From positions 539 through 64,538 of the forward strand of contig CAITEC010000029.1 in the NCBI GenBank assembly GCA_903891325.1: a stretch of 64,000 bases of DNA. The letters are read 5' to 3'. The position numbers and the translations under genes were made by a program. This DNA comes from an uncultured Opitutaceae bacterium. Its GTDB lineage: Bacteria > Verrucomicrobiota > Verrucomicrobiia > Opitutales > Opitutaceae. Numbering within the stretch: position 1 is the stretch's first letter; the number at the start of each line of letters is the position of its first letter. Under the pieces are notes generated by a model that made no database searches, was not told where the DNA came from, and saw only the letters and a list, made by a program, of their open reading frames with translations. Of the stretch, positions 63,676 through 64,000 are shown in pieces.

Positions 63676-63768
63676 ACGGGTGGAAGGCGAGCGCTTCCAT
63701 TGCCCGCCGTTCCCGCAGCTCTGGCCGCAGCCTTGACTGGGCGTTTCGGATCCCGGTAGGTTTTCCGC

Positions 63769-64000
63769 TTGAAAACCCCACTACCCCTAGTCGTCGGTTT
63801 GCTCCTTGCGTCGCTCCCCGGACTTCGCGCCAACCCCAGGCCCGCGTCCGATTTCGTCCGTGATGTAGCCTATTCGCATGTGATGGTGTCGCCCGACGGC
63901 CGGCGCATTGGATTCCTGTCCCCGATCAGCCAGGATAAAACGGACATCGTGCTTGTGATTGTCGAGTTGGCCACGGGAAAGAAGAGCGTGATCCAGGCGC
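63769..64000 (+). CDS. secreted protein, N-terminus resembling S9 (prolyl oligopeptidase/DPP) family peptidases; 3' end outside window
   Basis: My own translation from TTG 63769: LKTPLPLVVGLLLASLPGLRA signal-like, then YSHVMVSPDGRRIGFLSP...DIVLVIVELATGKK, typical of S9 beta-propeller starts; not in the ORF track. Confidence 0.35.
   Translation, partial: MKTPLPLVVGLLLASLPGLRANPRPASDFVRDVAYSHVMVSPDGRRIGFLSPISQDKTDIVLVIVELATGKKSVIQA

Overview
64-kb, strongly GC-rich chromosomal segment dominated by carbohydrate catabolism. The gene content (ECF sigma/FecR/STN signalling set, many glycoside hydrolases, Gfo/Idh/MocA oxidoreductases with xylose-isomerase-like TIM barrels, PhyH dioxygenases, an FG-GAP protein) suggests a Verrucomicrobiota/Planctomycetota-like polysaccharide degrader; this is inference only, since no search was possible. 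Layout: (i) 1 to about 850 is the edge of an AT-richer island carrying an HNH nuclease, and it abuts a truncated copy of the next gene. (ii) 1322-10090 is a plus-strand set: secreted protein, ECF sigma, FecR anti-sigma, STN-domain protein that is not a TonB receptor, PhyH, TMTC-like TPR membrane protein, GH4. (iii) 34356 down to 10068 is a 21-gene, about 24-kb minus-strand array with minimal gaps. It joins sugar-acid enzymes (3 SDRs, 2 enolase-superfamily dehydratases, Gfo/Idh/MocA, TIM barrel, ABM) to an unusual module, followed by GH78, PhyH, GH140, a GH36-like protein and a six-hairpin protein. The unusual module is a core-less lipoyl protein, SucC-like, SucD-like, a short citrate-synthase-fold protein, TPP E1 beta/alpha and an Fe-S hydro-lyase alpha/beta. 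(iv) An AraC regulator (34490-35404) is bracketed by two copies of the same conserved ~65-nt element, each facing an operon. (v) A plus-strand ABC importer (SBP plus 2 permeases) is followed by a low-GC hicAB cassette bracketed by repeat copies. Then come a mutarotase-like protein, GH2, a 1102-aa unknown protein, ROK kinase, ABC ATPase, GH20, GH78-like and GH28-like genes. (vi) A uup-like ABC-F gene. (vii) An MFS(OPA)/Gfo-Idh-MocA/FG-GAP/TIM-barrel/PhyH/AraC/PhyH set, and the start of an S9-peptidase-like gene at the window edge. Three dispersed structured repeat families (A, B, C) and one unique 23-bp hairpin occupy intergenic sites. No rRNA, tRNA or CRISPR array was seen. All family calls come from motif recognition by eye. 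Most long antisense or out-of-frame ORFs in the track are GC-rich artefacts.
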